Source of the DNA: Eledone cirrhosa
Taxonomy: Eukaryota
NCBI GenBank assembly: GCA_964016885.1
Contig: OZ024740.1
Location: 142,724,001-142,788,000, forward strand
DNA: 64,000 bases
Reading direction: 5' to 3'
The position numbers were made by a program, and so were the translations under genes. Every line of letters begins with the position of its first letter. The first letter of the stretch is position 1. The notes beneath the pieces are model-generated. The model made no database searches. It worked only from the letters and a program-made list of their open reading frames with translations, and was not told where the DNA came from. Shown piece after piece: positions 12,562 to 26,536 of this stretch.

Positions 12562-15493
12562 CATCATCATCAACATCATGTAATGTTCCTTTTCCTTGAA
12601 AGCAAAGATTGGATGGGTTGCCACAAATTGAAACAGTTCCCAAGTATAGCTACTGACCATTCAGATAGGCATGGGAGCTTCCTATCTATCAAATGCTTAG
12701 ATAGGTGGGGGAGAGAGAAAATTGTGCTTAGATATGTTCTCATGCTCAACTAGGTGCATTTTATCATAACACCAGTTTTAGGGAGGTTAGTATATCTTTG
12801 ACACTGCTGAAGAGTCTTCCTGAACCTTTGTTTTTCAAGTTTTCTCTGGCTGGATGACCATCATAATACCTGCCTCTATACAGAGTGTTCTGTGTGTGAT
12901 TAATGTTTAAATCAACAGCACTAGGGAGATTGTCATTTCATTGACACAACTAAAGAGTACACCTGACCCTTTGGCAAGTTTTCTTTGGCTGGATGCACTT
13001 CCTATCACCAACTACTTTACAAAGTGCATTTATCATTTAGATTACCAAACTAGAGAGGTTGTTGAGCTTTTAACACAACTGAAGGGTCCTCTCAACTCTT
13101 TTTTTTTTATGCTTTCTGCAGCAGGATAATCTTCCTATCGCCTACTACCTTACAGGGTGCATTGGGCGCATTTATCATGGCCCCAGTACTAAAGAGGTTG
13201 TTGGTCATTGACTCAACTGAAGAGCCTTCTCTACTATATGGGGGTGGAGGTAGCAGGGTAAGGAGGGTAAAAAGGGTGATAGGTATGATAAGTGTGATGG
13301 ATTTGACAAGGTAATGTGTAGGAGGAGGTGATAATCTCTGATAGCGAGAATGGTACTGTCATGATAACACCTACTAAGGGCTTATGACTGGTGTATTAGG
13401 ATTTTAGGGAAGGGGGGTATGCTAGATAGGGTGTGAGAGGTTTGGTGGTGATCCTGGATAGGGTAGGGGTGGAGTCATAGTATTGATGAGAATAGTTACT
13501 AAAGAGTGATACTAATGGGGCATATGAATGTGGTGCAGGTGTACAGTGATGGTGAGAATAACAAAAGAGTGATTGAGAGGGGTGGATACGAATAGGCTAG
13601 GTCACATCTTTAATGCTGGTGGGTGAGTGTTAGTGGAAGTGAGAGCCCGAGGATGGGTCAAGTCACATTTTATGTTGGTAAATGGGCCTTCTCTAGGACA
13701 GCGTGTCATACACATTGTAATGTTCAATTTCTTAAGGTCAGCCTTCACTATTTCATCCCATATCTGCCTGAGGTCTACATCTTCCCATCAACTGAGATAT
13801 CTCTGCACTTATTTATACAGCTGTCATCTTACATATGCTTTACATATCCATACCAATGCAGTCTTCGCTCTTGCCCTCTACATCTAATTCTTCTTATACT
13901 AAGTTTTTTGGTCAGTATGCTTATGCTATGTCATTCATACACACAAACATTACACATCCATTGGAGAAAACGTACTTCATTTCTTTCCAGCTTTTGCATG
14001 TTTTCTGCAGTCAAGTCCCATGTCTCACTGCTATGTAGCATTGCAGTTCACATGCAAACATCTACCCTTCACTCAGAGAAGCCACTTGTTGTCAGCAGAG
14101 GTACCAGCTCCCTAAACTTCTTCCAGTCTGTTCTTAATCTAGTTACCTCACTTTCTGAGCATCTTCTCACAACTGCTGATAATTAAAGCTGCCAACAATT
14201 TTTAGGGAGCCTCCCTGTTAATTGAATTGTGCTTTTAGTGCTTACTTCTCCTGTGCCTCTACCAAATATATTGTCTATCTTCTCTGTTAGTCTGCTTGTG
14301 ATTCAATAATATCACTTGTACATCTATATGTTATACTGTGTGCACCTTATAGAATTTCTAGCCACACTTTTTCAACATATCGCGCAAGGCCACTTCTCTG
14401 ATGGTATCAGCTTCCTGTCATTCTAACTTATTAAGACTTTAGTCTTTGCTATGTTTACTTTTAGGCTATTTGATTTTAGATTTTTCTTTCATACTTAGAA
14501 TTTTGCCTCTAACTTTCTTCTGGATTCATCTATAAAGATTAGATCATCAGCATACAAGAGTTCCCATAGAGTGCCAGTCTTAAACTCCTCAGTTATGGCC
14601 TGAAGGACAATGATGGACAGAAGTGGACTGAATCCCTATCTGCATTTCAAATTCATCTTGCTACTCATTACCAATTCTCACCTTTATACATAGCTTACAT
14701 GGCTCTCATAAGCCATTGGTCTACAACTAGCTTTCTCAGTGCCCGCAAGATTACAAAGCAGAAGACTCTGTCAAAGGCCTTCTCCAGATTCATAAATGCC
14801 AGGTAAAAAGGCTTACTCTTAGCCAAACACTTCTCCTGAGGTTGTCTCGAAAAGAAGAAGCCATTCATAAAATCCTACCTGACATGAAGCCAAACTGCAT
14901 CTTATCAAACTAGATTATGTCTCTAATTAGTTGTGCTTTAACCCTTTCAGTAATTTTCATGACCCGGTTCATCAACTTGAAGCTTCTGTAGTTACTTCTC
15001 TTCAGTACATTTCTTTTGCCCTTGTAGCAATTTACAATAATACTACTGTGCCAGTCATCAGGAATGACACCATCCTGTGCTACTTGATAAATTATGCATC
15101 TGACTAGCTTGTAGTATACCGTGCCTGTTGTTTTTAAGCATCTCACTGTTCAACAATATCTCTTAATAAGACTTCCATGTCATCTTGGTATCAGAAAGAG
15201 CAAGTGCTTAACTATCATTTCAGGCATACTTTTCCCCAACCGCATCCCGATTTTCTTTAACACACTATCTCACAATCAAGAACACTTCACACCTCTGATT
15301 CTCATAACATAGAACATATGCAAAATTCCTCTTTTCTGCTTCTCCTCTTACTAAGTAAACTTGTCTCCTAGCCTCTTGTCAAGCTTTTTGGTATTGATCT
15401 CAGCTACCTCATTTTTCCAGACATGTCTCTGCCTTGCCATTCCATCACCATGTTACTTTCCATCTTGCTGGGACCTTGCTCCAGCTGTCGACC
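12562..15493 (-). mobile_element. Decayed RTE LINE (RT about 13690-15490 plus 3' region and (GAT)n tail) inserted in the PLE
   Basis: GVIPDDWHSSIIVNCYKGK...; TLWELLYADDL on minus. The block starts with (CAT)n. Confidence 0.8.
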
Positions 15494-16199
15494 TAAAAGA
15501 AAATTGGAAAAGGGTCTTGATGACTGTTTCATCTTATGGAATGAAACAGTAGATAAACAAAAGGTATTTAAAAATATTACAAACACTATAAATACCAATA
15601 TTCAATTCATGATGGCATTTATAAAGGAAAAGATCCATGTTTTAGATATTTTGAAAAGTTAATAGATAGATGGATTGAAACAGATGTCTATTATAAATCC
15701 ACAAACTTGAAACAACACTTATTATTAACATCCTGCCATCCAAAATATACATGAAAACATATTCCTTTTACTTTGAGGAAACAAATATGTACAACTGTTT
15801 CCTATCGCATATTACAAGATCAAAAGCTGAGAGAATTACAAATTATCTTAATTCTCCAAATATTTCCCTCCAATTTAGTGAAAAATGGAATAAAGAGAGC
15901 AAAAATTATAACTAATCATGAATTCCAGTTGGTATAAAGTGAACCAAAAGAAAATTCACTTCTATTTATAACAAGATACAACCTAAGGAATATTGAAATT
16001 TATAATCAAATTCATAGGAATATACACATTTTGTATAATGGTTAAAAAATCCTTCAGAATTAGCAAATTATAAAAACAAGAAAATTTGAAAAAGTTACAA
16101 GTGCAAAATTTTAGATTCCCAAATCCATGAGTAACAAAATATAGAAGACCTAACTGCGAAATTTGTGAAGATATGGTGGAAGTCTTGGAAAGCGGATGT

Positions 16200-17292
16200 G
16201 AAGATGAATAAAATTTTAAACTTAAAAACAGTATCACATCGTTCAACATGAACTTACATGTATTTTGTGTGCTTGGGATCACCCTGAAAATGGAGTACTA
16301 AAATGAACATTATTGACACCTAGAGCTTTTTTATTTTAGAAAAAGGTAAGAAAATGGTGGAAACCTGCAGGAAGATGTGTGTTCAGTATGGACAGCATGC
16401 TGTTATGGAACATCTGTGCCAGAAGTGGTCTTCAAGATTTTGATCGGGAAATCTTTTGGTTTAAAATGCACCTCACTCTGGCTGGCAAAGTGAGATCAAC
16501 AACAGCAAAATGAATGAGTTAGTCACTTCTGTTATAAAACAAGGATGATTACAGATCTTCTTTAAATATCCCAACCGAGTGTTGAAAACTATCGGCATCG
16601 AATTGGTTTAGTCAGCAGGCTTCATGTTTGGGTACCAAATCAAATGAATGAAGCTAACCTTGCTGAATGGATTTCTAGTTGCAATTTATTGTGACAGGGG
16701 TGAAAAATGGAAGATCTATAACAATGTGATGTGCAAAGATCATGGAGGAAGTGCAGCAAACCATCGCAAATAATCTCAATAGCAGGGGTTCAGCCAAGGA
16801 AGGTTATGCTTTCAATTTGGTGGGGTCTTTTATGAGCTTCTTTCCACAAGCAGGACTATAAATTCGGATGTGTGCTGTATCCAGCTGGACAAATTAAATA
16901 CAGTGGTTCACCAGAAGTGTCCAGAACTTGCTAATCATAAGGCATTGTCTTTCATCACATACACCACAGAAGTTATTGGGGCTTTACTGGGAGGTTATGC
17001 CTTCATAATTGCCCAATATTGTGTCTTCAGATTTCTACCTGTTTCAGTCTCTTCAAAATTCATTAAATGGACAGACCTTCAACTCTGATGAGGATGTAAA
17101 AATTCATCTGGAAGAGAATTTTGCCAGTATAGACATGGAATTCTTTGAGCAGGAAATAATGGATCTGCCCACAAGATGGCAAAAGAAAATGGAACAAAAA
17201 TGGTAAATATATCATTGAGTGAATAAATCACTTTGTTTAAAATTTGTCATGTTTTCGCTTACAAAAACCAAACAGAGTTTTTGGCCAACCTA
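16200..17292 (+). mobile_element. Mariner transposon, decayed
   Basis: HTH region, WVP, VTG.EKW and PNIVSSDFYLF (YSPDL-like). The 3' TIR-like ...tttttggccaacctaa is present. Confidence 0.85.
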
Positions 17293-17294
17293 AC

Positions 17295-17345
<51 letters not shown>

Positions 17346-17413
17346 GTTAGTAGAAATCTGTAGATAAAAGATCAAGGAAAACAGTGCTCAATCTGTTGGA
17401 AAAGAGCTTAATT

Positions 17414-17590
17414 AGTATAAGCAAAGGTTCATACACTTAACATGTATGTGCTATCATTGGTTTTGAGGTCCAGTCATGCCGATCACACTATAATGGAGGA
17501 AGTACTTTTAAAGTGGCCTTTCATCCATGACTGGGCCCCAAAACCAATAGTAGCACATACATGTTAAGTGTATGACACTTTGTTTATACT
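17414..17590. mobile_element. Short foldback (arms about 17414-17478 and 17526-17590) with truncated hammerhead
   Basis: Minus strand reads GATGA-AAGGCCA...TGGACCTC-AAAA-CCAATGA-TA-GCAC. The inversion junction cuts the core. Confidence 0.55.
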
Positions 17591-17958
17591 ATATATTTCA
17601 CACAACAGGACAACTCGTCTATCCCATGGTAGCATGTAAAAATGGGCGTTAAATGGTTATGATGATGGCAAATACATACAGATATATACATATATATATA
17701 TACAGATATATACATATATATTATATATATATACATATATTTATATATATATACATAGATATATATATATATCCATATGTACATTAATATATAAACAGAT
17801 ACATACATATATATCAACCATATTGGCTGCCATCAAGCTGCAGGTTTCACATCAGAGTTTTCCTTCTCCTAGAATGATATCATAACAAGAACTAGGAGTC
17901 TCTCACTCCCGCTGGGCTAACTGCATGCTAGGGCAGCAAACCAAGTATCTCCATGTCC

Positions 17959-17961
<3 letters not shown>

Positions 17962-18042
<81 letters not shown>
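17962..18042. repeat. (CA)n microsatellite
   Basis: Direct observation. Confidence 0.97.
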
Positions 18043-18055
<13 letters not shown>

Positions 18056-20063
18056 CAAAAAGTAAACAAAAAAAACAATACAGTGGAACAAAACAGTAGA
18101 ATGAAGTCATATATTAGTTTAACATTTGACATATTTGGAAAATAGTCTTAATGTCTGAAACATTAGTCTGCCATCAGAAGATAGGAGAGACAGAAAAATA
18201 GATTTTAAAAAAAAGATGGACTGGAGTAAGAAGACAAAGAAACAGAAAATTTTTTTTTTAGGAGAGAAAGCATCTGTGTGTTTTGTATATATACAAGCAC
18301 ATATACACATAACAACTCAATAAACACAATCAGAATTAAAAGAGAACTTCTAACATATTCTGTGTGTGTGTAGTGTCTGAGTATGTGTGTGAGTGTGTGT
18401 GTGCATGTCTGTGTGTTTACACATGTATTTATGTGTGAGTATTAATTTATGTGTGAGTATACATGCACAGCATTCCCATATATGTGATGGTCCCATAAAC
18501 AAATAAGATCACAGCACTTTCAGCACAAATATTCCCCTCACACGTTTGTAAAGATTAAACTGAAATATATTTAGTTTTCCACAATTAATTCTTTTTTTTT
18601 TCTCATGTTATGCTACACTTCTTTTAAATTATTCCTTGATAAATCAATATGAAATAAATGAATTTTTTTTAAATCTCATTAAAAACAATTTGAATACTAC
18701 ATTTTAAACTTAACCCACTTCAAAGAACATGTTTGTTCATTCAATTCTTGTTATATCCATTCGTGTCAAGTCCCATTTATATGGAACTTGTTTGAACTAG
18801 ACCATTTTACATAAACACTTCTTTCAAAGTCCATGCTCAATGGAGAACTAGAACTAATTAATACAACAAACACCTAGTTACAACTATGTTAATAATATCA
18901 ACCATGAAGGCACTGGCTAGGTGGATAGGTTGTTCAACTCATGAACATAAGGTCATAAATTTGATTCCTGGTGGCACAATGTATCATTGACCAAACATTT
19001 TATTTCATGTTGATTCATTCCACTATGCTGGGGAAAAGGAGCTGTACTTGTCATTCAAAAGGCTAGCCTTGTTTCACTCTGTATCATGCTGAATCACTGT
19101 GAGAATTACATTAAGTGTACAAGAGTCTGGAATTCTCAGTCACTTGCACATTCATTTCATGTGCAGATTGTGCCATTGTTCAAACAACTGAGAAACTCAT
19201 GGTCAGAACCAACAGAGGTCTAACACAAGTCAACAATAGTTAAAAGATGACATGAAAACAATGTAGCGCTGATGAAGAAAGTTATATCAGCATCCTTCAG
19301 ATAATGACCATTTTATTAACTCTTAACATCCTGTACCTCATGAAATTGTATTAGCAAGATATTTTTAAAAAGTACAAAACAGCTCACATTAAAAATTAAG
19401 TCTACTTTAATACTGTAAATATAATCTAAACATTTGAATTACCAAACTTGATTTTAAATATTTACTACTTAACTATTGCAGTATGTTAAGAATTAATATT
19501 AGATAGACAATAAAGATGATTCTTGGAGTTAAACTGAAAAGTGAGTATGTCAAGAGGTATTGGTAGTAAAGAAAGTATTGAGAAAACAGCAAACTTTCTT
19601 TCATGTTGTAGTAATAGTTATTAGAGCTTCTGATTAAATGCCTTGATATTTATTCTGGCTCTGAATTTAAATCCCACCAAGGCCAACTTTGCCAAAGTAC
19701 CAATCCAGGGTTGTTGGATTAAAGGAATCTTTAAAGAGTAAGATGGGATGCTTTGTGGTATCTGTTCCAATTCTGTGTATTTTGAAATCAAATTCCACCT
19801 GTCAGATAGCATACACCAGGCTGGCTTCTTGTCAGAATTAATTGGCTTGAAAAAAAAACGATCATGTATATTCTTGAATAGCAATTAAATATGTTCATAA
19901 AGTTTCATATCATGACACAAGTGGAATTAAAGTTAGTACAACTGTTAATGGAATATAGCTTTATTTCCCACCTGCAATCACTGGAAATATTTTCCTTTAT
20001 ACTCTTTCATTTTCTTTGAATATATACATATAGATATATATACAAACACACACATACATATAT

Positions 20064-20098
<35 letters not shown>

Positions 20099-22499
20099 TG
20101 CAAAACCATTTTGCTGATTTGAGAGCTGATGAGAGTGAAGATGTGTGTGTGGTTAACTTGTTTTGTACAACACCTTTCTTTATTTCCTTCTTGTCACTTC
20201 TATGTGCCAACACACTTCTTCTTCACCTTCCCCTCTTTCAATCTTTCCATATTTCATCTGCCTGTCACTCACCTTGTGGATTGTCTCTCTGTGGACCACA
20301 GACTGCTGGTCTCTGTCCTCTGGCATTTTTGCCCATCGCTGTCTTTGACAACATTTGGCTGTTTTAATGGCTGTTCTAAAGCTGAGTTTTCTCATTTATA
20401 TATATGTATATATATATTATAAATAATATATATATACCTTACATTTGTACAAGTGTTTCCTTAATAAATTAATATATGCTACACATTATTATGTATAGAA
20501 TTCTTACTTTGAGTTATAGTTTATGTGGACTATAAAGTACTCATATATGTGTGTATGTATGTGTGTATAAATATAATAAGTAATACAGATATTCAGGTCT
20601 ATAGAAAGCCATGCACATATACATGCATTTACTTGCTTCCCTTTAATTCCATCTTTATTCAATTTTAATGGTTATGTTCACATATTCTGTTTAAATATCT
20701 AGGAAAATATCTTCTAGAAATATAATTAAAATATGCTTTTAACTCCTTCCCCAGTTAGCTGGGTAACTGGTAATTGGTTAGCTCTGGTAACCTATAAATA
20801 CATATAAACATGAGAAATAGCAGATTAATCAAAGTATCCATGATTGCTGTTTCTAGATATGACTTCCCCTTGTTTACTGAGGGAATTTTGTTCTAGGTTT
20901 TTGAAATCTTGTCTCTTTATTTTAAGGAGAGAAGAGATTTGACTAAGAAAGATTTGTCACTATACTAACTCTCTTGATAACAACCAGGTAAAAACTAGCT
21001 TTGGTTCCAGGAAACAAAACCATCTATTTGAAAGTGTTCTTAAATTTAAATTTTCCAACATGATTTTATATAAGAACCATATGCTAAGTTATTATCTTAA
21101 TCATTAGATAATTAATAATTTTAGTAAATCTTCAAATTTCTTCATTCATTAATTGAATTAGAGTATATTTCATAAGAAATACAGTCATGAAAGGGTTAAG
21201 CAGTTTCAAGATTGGGTAACAATTATCAGATTATGCTATTTTCCAGGACTGCACACTACTGTTTTTCTTTTATTTTGTGCACCTTACAACTTTAAAATAA
21301 TTTTTATAGGTAAGAATCCTATTGAATCTCATATTAAATTACCAACTAAGTAAATTGCAATCAATCTACAGGCAATCCTTATATATAATTTATAAAACAT
21401 TTTCATTTCTAACACAAACCACCACTTTTTTAATAATTCTTTTGTTTATTTCTAAGAAATTGATCTGGCAACCCTGAGCAGTTCAATCAACTACATAGAA
21501 GTCCCTTTCATTGGGTGCCCTGTTTCACCCAGTTATATAATCAACTGTTTCTTTTTCTTAATTCTTTAATTGCCTTTTCTATCCCTTTCCTCTGTGAGCT
21601 TAAATCCATGTTTCCACTCATTTATCAGGATGTGCCTATAAACCTCGTAGAGGCCTCATAGTGGGTGGGCGCCACTAGAAGCTAAGGCAGAGAAGAAGCC
21701 CTTGAGCATTGGTTCAGTGAGATAGTATCTATTTTCTCCCAAAAGCAAAAACAAACAGAAAAAAAAACAGAATTGCTTTGATAGTAATTCTTTATTACCA
21801 CGTGGCAACACTGCTTCCCATTCATTCCTAAAAGTGGAGTGTCTTCTCTCTCATCTCTACTGCAAATATTCTTACAGCTACATTTCCAAAAATGGTCATT
21901 TATTTAAATATGGACTTGTTTTATCATTGCTTGACAGTGTTGATTCAGAAAGGGCAGTGTTAATTTGTTTTGGGGTTTTTTTTTGCGAGTTCTCTCTCTC
22001 TTCTCTCTCTTTCTCTCTTCTCTCTCTCCTTCTCTATCTATCTATCTGTCTATCTCATTCTCTTTCTTCCTTTTTCTCTCTAAATGATAAAGCTATATAT
22101 TTGCTGAGGAAAGAATACGAGGTCATTTTAGCGGAATATTAAAGTTGCTAGGAGACTAGAAATTCTGTTTGTTTGTTTGTTTTTTTTTGTTTTTTCTACA
22201 AAAGAAAATGAATGTATGCATGTGTGAATCCATGAATAAATAAATAAAAATAAATAAATAATAAAACTGGATATGTATTGTCAAAGTACTATATTTTTTA
22301 TTCCTGTTGTTATTAATATTGTTAAGCTGCAAAAAAAAACTGAAACAACAAAAAAACATAGCTTTGAAACTTGTGACTGAATAGTAAGTATCCCAACTGA
22401 AACTTCTTTATTTCCCTGGCCTTTTTCAAATTGCACTGTTATATTGTATGTAATAAATGAATAAATAAATAAATATCCAAAAAGGACTTGTGGTAAATT

Positions 22500-23770
22500 T
22501 GGCTTGAATTAGGTTAAAAGTTGAAGCCTAAAGTGGAGAAAGATTATTTCAAATTATGATACACGGCTCTCCAATTCTCTCACAAGCCATATGAGAGTGC
22601 CTGGAGCCCAAACATGCAGACCTATCATGAATGGCAAAGAGGCTGCGCCTTATCAACGCTCACCCGGTGCTCTTCTTCTTGAGGAACTGCTTTGTTCTTT
22701 TAAAATTTCTGTTCATGCTGCGTGGTGCACCTTATCATCCCCATGCAGATTACCCCAGTAAACTCAACATGACTATCCGACACTGTGAAGAACTCATCTG
22801 CAATGTTAGTTTTGACAGCACTGGCTGGCAACAAGTGAAGCTCCCTGGTAGGCTTGACCTCTGATCTGCTTCAGATCCGGCACTACCAGCCTACCTCTCC
22901 ACAATCTCCTCTAGTGTCACTTTTGTCAGCAAGGTCCTTCGCAAGATGGCCAAACCTGACGTGGCCCCAGAACTTGAGCAGGCTCTGGTCAACTGGACAG
23001 GTGGAGGCCTCTCTGTCCCCCAGTATACAAATGTCCAATGTAACTAGGACAACATCAAGTGCAGATCTTCCTTCAGTCAGATCAAGTCTGGCTTGGACCA
23101 ACACTGCCTCACTGGCCTCTGATCTGCTACACAGCCAAACAGCAGTGTGTGGCTCAATTCAGTACCCTCCTCATAAACAGGTACCCTTCTTGATGGAGAG
23201 TGCACTCGCATTGGAGTGGCCCAATGCCTCAGCCTCTACATGTGTGAATCCCACAAACGTTACTGTGGGGCTGTCATTAACAAGTTTGGCCTGTACCCAC
23301 TGTCATGCCACCAGAGTGCAGGTCAGTTTCCTTGACATGCTGCTCTCAATGACATATTGAGAAGCAGCCTGGATGCAGCTGACTTCCCATCACAATTGGC
23401 GCCAGCAGGCCTTGACTAGGGAGACAGCAAATACCCCAATGGAATTAACTTCTTCCTATTCGAAGGAGGTAAATCCCTCATCTGGGACACCACATGTTGT
23501 GACACATTCTCCCCCTCCAACTTAAGTCACTTCGGCCACAAACCCTGAAATTGCAGCCTGCAATGCAGAGGACAAGAAGGCAAGCTTCCTCTTCGCACCG
23601 ATCACCATCAAAACCTCAGGCATCCTCAGACCCCATACTGCCAAGCTCCTCCGTAAAATTAGATTGCCAGCAGCTCATCTGAAGAAGGAACCCCACAAAG
23701 TGGGGTGTTTGTTGCAACAGGTATCATTGGCCATTGTCCATGAAAATGCCTTTGCAGTTTTGTTCGTGGG
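22500..23770 (+). pseudogene. CRE-like non-LTR retrotransposon C-terminal part (RT thumb, Zn knuckle, restriction-like endonuclease), frameshifted
   Basis: Across frames: LFFLRNCF, WQQVKLP, CESHKRYCG, LSCHQSAGQF, DSKYPNGI..F..GGKSLIWDTT, AACNAEDKK. Confidence 0.7.
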
Positions 23771-24268
23771 GCACAGCCCAAACACAACCCTTCCCCATGC
23801 ATAGAGGCAATCACCGTCACCCCTTGCGTTTTCCCTCTTTTTCCTCTCATTTATGGTATTTATAGCCCTTCCTCTACTTTCCTATACAGTCAGATCTGCC
23901 CATCTTTACCCCTCCACCCCATCCCCTTCTTTTCGTTGCTTGGTTTCGTTTTTATCCTTTTTTTTTTCTTTCATATTTATAATATTTGCAATGCTATTTA
24001 TACAACTGTGAATTGATTTGTTGTCTGTAATTCTATTAAATTATAAAATAAATAAATTAACAGATTTAAAAAATAGAGGGGAAAACAGAAGTAACAATAC
24101 CCTATCATACTCTTGCTCCATTTTTCCATTGCCTCCCTCCTCTCCCCAGTCATTGTCATTTTTCTTTTATTGTTCCCACGTATGTCATTGTCTCACACCA
24201 ATACTTATATCAATTCTTCTATCATATTCCTGTTCCTTTCACCTACTCAGCCTGCTTCTGCTGTCATT

Positions 24269-24270
<2 letters not shown>

Positions 24271-24343
<73 letters not shown>
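24271..24343. repeat. (CT)n microsatellite
   Basis: Direct observation. Confidence 0.97.
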
Positions 24344-24346
<3 letters not shown>

Positions 24347-25402
24347 TCCCCAACTCTCCAAGTCACATTCTCATTCATGTTGCCTTGAATGAATGGAAAC
24401 CTTGTTGAGCAGTGAGTTCTCTTTAATCTTGTGTGATTCAAGACAAATTAGATAGTATTGGTATCACAATAAAATGTATCCAGTTAACTAATGTGAAGTT
24501 CTCAAAAAGGCAGAAACAAAGTAAGTTTGTGAAGACCCCTTAATCCAGCATTAGTGACATGATATGATGCACCCAGTACACTGTGTAATGTGGATGGCAT
24601 TAGGAAGCACAGCCAGCTGTAGAAGCCATACCAAAAATGGAATATACTTATGAGATAGAGTCCTCCAGCCCATTTAAGAGTGTGGTAGCTCTGAATAAGA
24701 ACTGACTGAAACTATGTCAAACCATCCACCCCATGCCAGCATGGAGAATGAGCAATGGTGGTGGTGGTGGTGATGACGATGATGATGATGAGGAGGAGGG
24801 GGGGGGGGGACATTTATCAGTGTTTGCAAACATCAAACATCTATTTCCAAAAAGCATTTAGTCTACATCCAAGATAAATAGACAAATTAAAACAAATATT
24901 AATTACAACTAGTTTTCAAATTAAAATTATTCAGCTTTTAGATTATCTTATTATAATGTTTAAATTAACACAAAAAAGTCTGGATTAATTCTTAAATAGA
25001 CAATTACAGTGAACATTTAATTGAAATAAGAAGTAATTCAGTTTTTTTTTAAATATCTAAAATTAATTCCTCTCCACACACAGGCTATCACCCCTTTCAG
25101 AAAAAAGATTATTGGTCTTATTTCTTTATTTTCTTGGAAAACCATTTGTTTATATTGTTGACTACAGAGATAAAGTTAAAATGAGGTCTATGATATTTGC
25201 ATACAGTGTCACTAATAACAGTTTCTAATTTAGGCACAAGACCAGAAATTTTTGTAGGAAGAAGTAATATAGACCACAGCACTTAACAAACTTTATTATA
25301 TCGACACCAAAAGCATGAAAGACAAAGCTGACTTCGATAGAATCTAAACTCAGAATATAAAGAGCTGGAACAAATACTGCAAAGCATTTTGTCTTGACAC
25401 TA

Positions 25403-26536
25403 CGAGAGTTGGCTGAAAAGTTCATAGGCTGACCAAAATACTCTGCTGGAACGTGACCAAATGAAGTATATATTTTCAACATAATCCCCCTTGCACTTCT
25501 TCCATCGGTGTTTCAGACTTGGATTCCATTGAAGAAGCTTTCATCCTGTTGGTCAGAAGAGTCATCTACAGCAAATATGACATCATCATCACTGTGATAC
25601 TGGTTCCTAGCAAAGTATTATTTCATGTTGGTGAACAGATGATAGTCAGTTAGTTTGTTAGTTTTCCTGGTCTTGATAGCCTTTTGTAATTGCCTCAGCA
25701 AGCTAGCATAGTACTCTCTATTGATAGTGTGGCCCTTTTGAAGATAATCAATAAACACAATGCCTTTGGCATCCAAAAAAACTGAGGCCATCACCTTCCT
25801 TGCAGTTGAAAAACCTTGGCCTTCTTTTGAGTAGGTGAGAAGAGGTGTTTTGACTGCATTGGCTTGTCTCTTTGTCTTTGACTCAAACTGATGAACCCAA
25901 CACTCATCCTGGGTTAGGAAATGTTCAAGGAAATCAGTTGAATCTGCCTCAAACAATGTCAGAGTTTCCCATGATCAGCCTGGTCTCAGAAGACATGGCA
26001 CCCACTGAGTAGAAACCTTCATCATGCCAAGTTCATTGTGCAGAATATTCTGAACTCTCTCATGGTATATGCTAATAGCATTGGCTATTTGATTTATAGT
26101 TAATCACCTGTCATCCAACACTATGTGATGAACACGATCAATGTTTTCCTTGATGGTGGCAGTTGCAGGATGTCCAGACCTTGGGTCATCTTCAAGACTC
26201 TCCCTTCTCCTCCTAAATTCAAAAACCCACTTTTGCACAGTTGATAAAGCCAGAGAGTCAACCTCTAATGTAGCAACCATGTCAGCATGAATATCTTTGG
26301 GTGGTAAACCCTTTTTCTGCAGGTACTTAATAACACCACAATGCCAAATTTGTCCATTTTCAAGAAAAGTCACTACTAGTTACTTTTGAAATCTTATTTG
26401 AACAATCAGATGTCAGTTTACCCAGAATGAAACAATGCAGTTATTAATAGGAAGAGTTGAAATTAATGCATGCAAGGTTAATAGTTCCAGCATCATTCCT
26501 TCATAGTTAGCCTATGAAGTTTTCAGCCCACTCTCA
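25403..26536 (-). mobile_element. Mariner transposon with both TIRs, internally decayed
   Basis: TIRs cgagagttggctgaaaagttcataggctgac and gttagcctatgaagttttcagcccactctca, each flanked by TA. Peptides VQKWVFEFRRRRESLEDDPRSG, TQDECWVH and KVMASVF. Abuts a SINE at 25230-25400. Confidence 0.92.

Larger units (their letters stand above)
10860..16190 (+). mobile_element. Decayed Penelope-like element RT in three pieces (about 10860-11737, 12345-12560, 15494-16190)
   Basis: IIKEDDKGSAGVIMD, FYSLPKVHK, RPIVAG, GTKVAPTY, WKR.LDDCFILW, TDVYYKST...SCHP and CEIC occur in collinear order. Confidence 0.85.

Noticed and set aside
19265-20140. CTGATGA at about 19269 and 20125, and CTGACGA at about 48382, as hammerheads
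   Set aside because: There is no properly placed stem II, GAAA or stem III. Similar heptamers inside mariner and RTE coding regions were also ignored.
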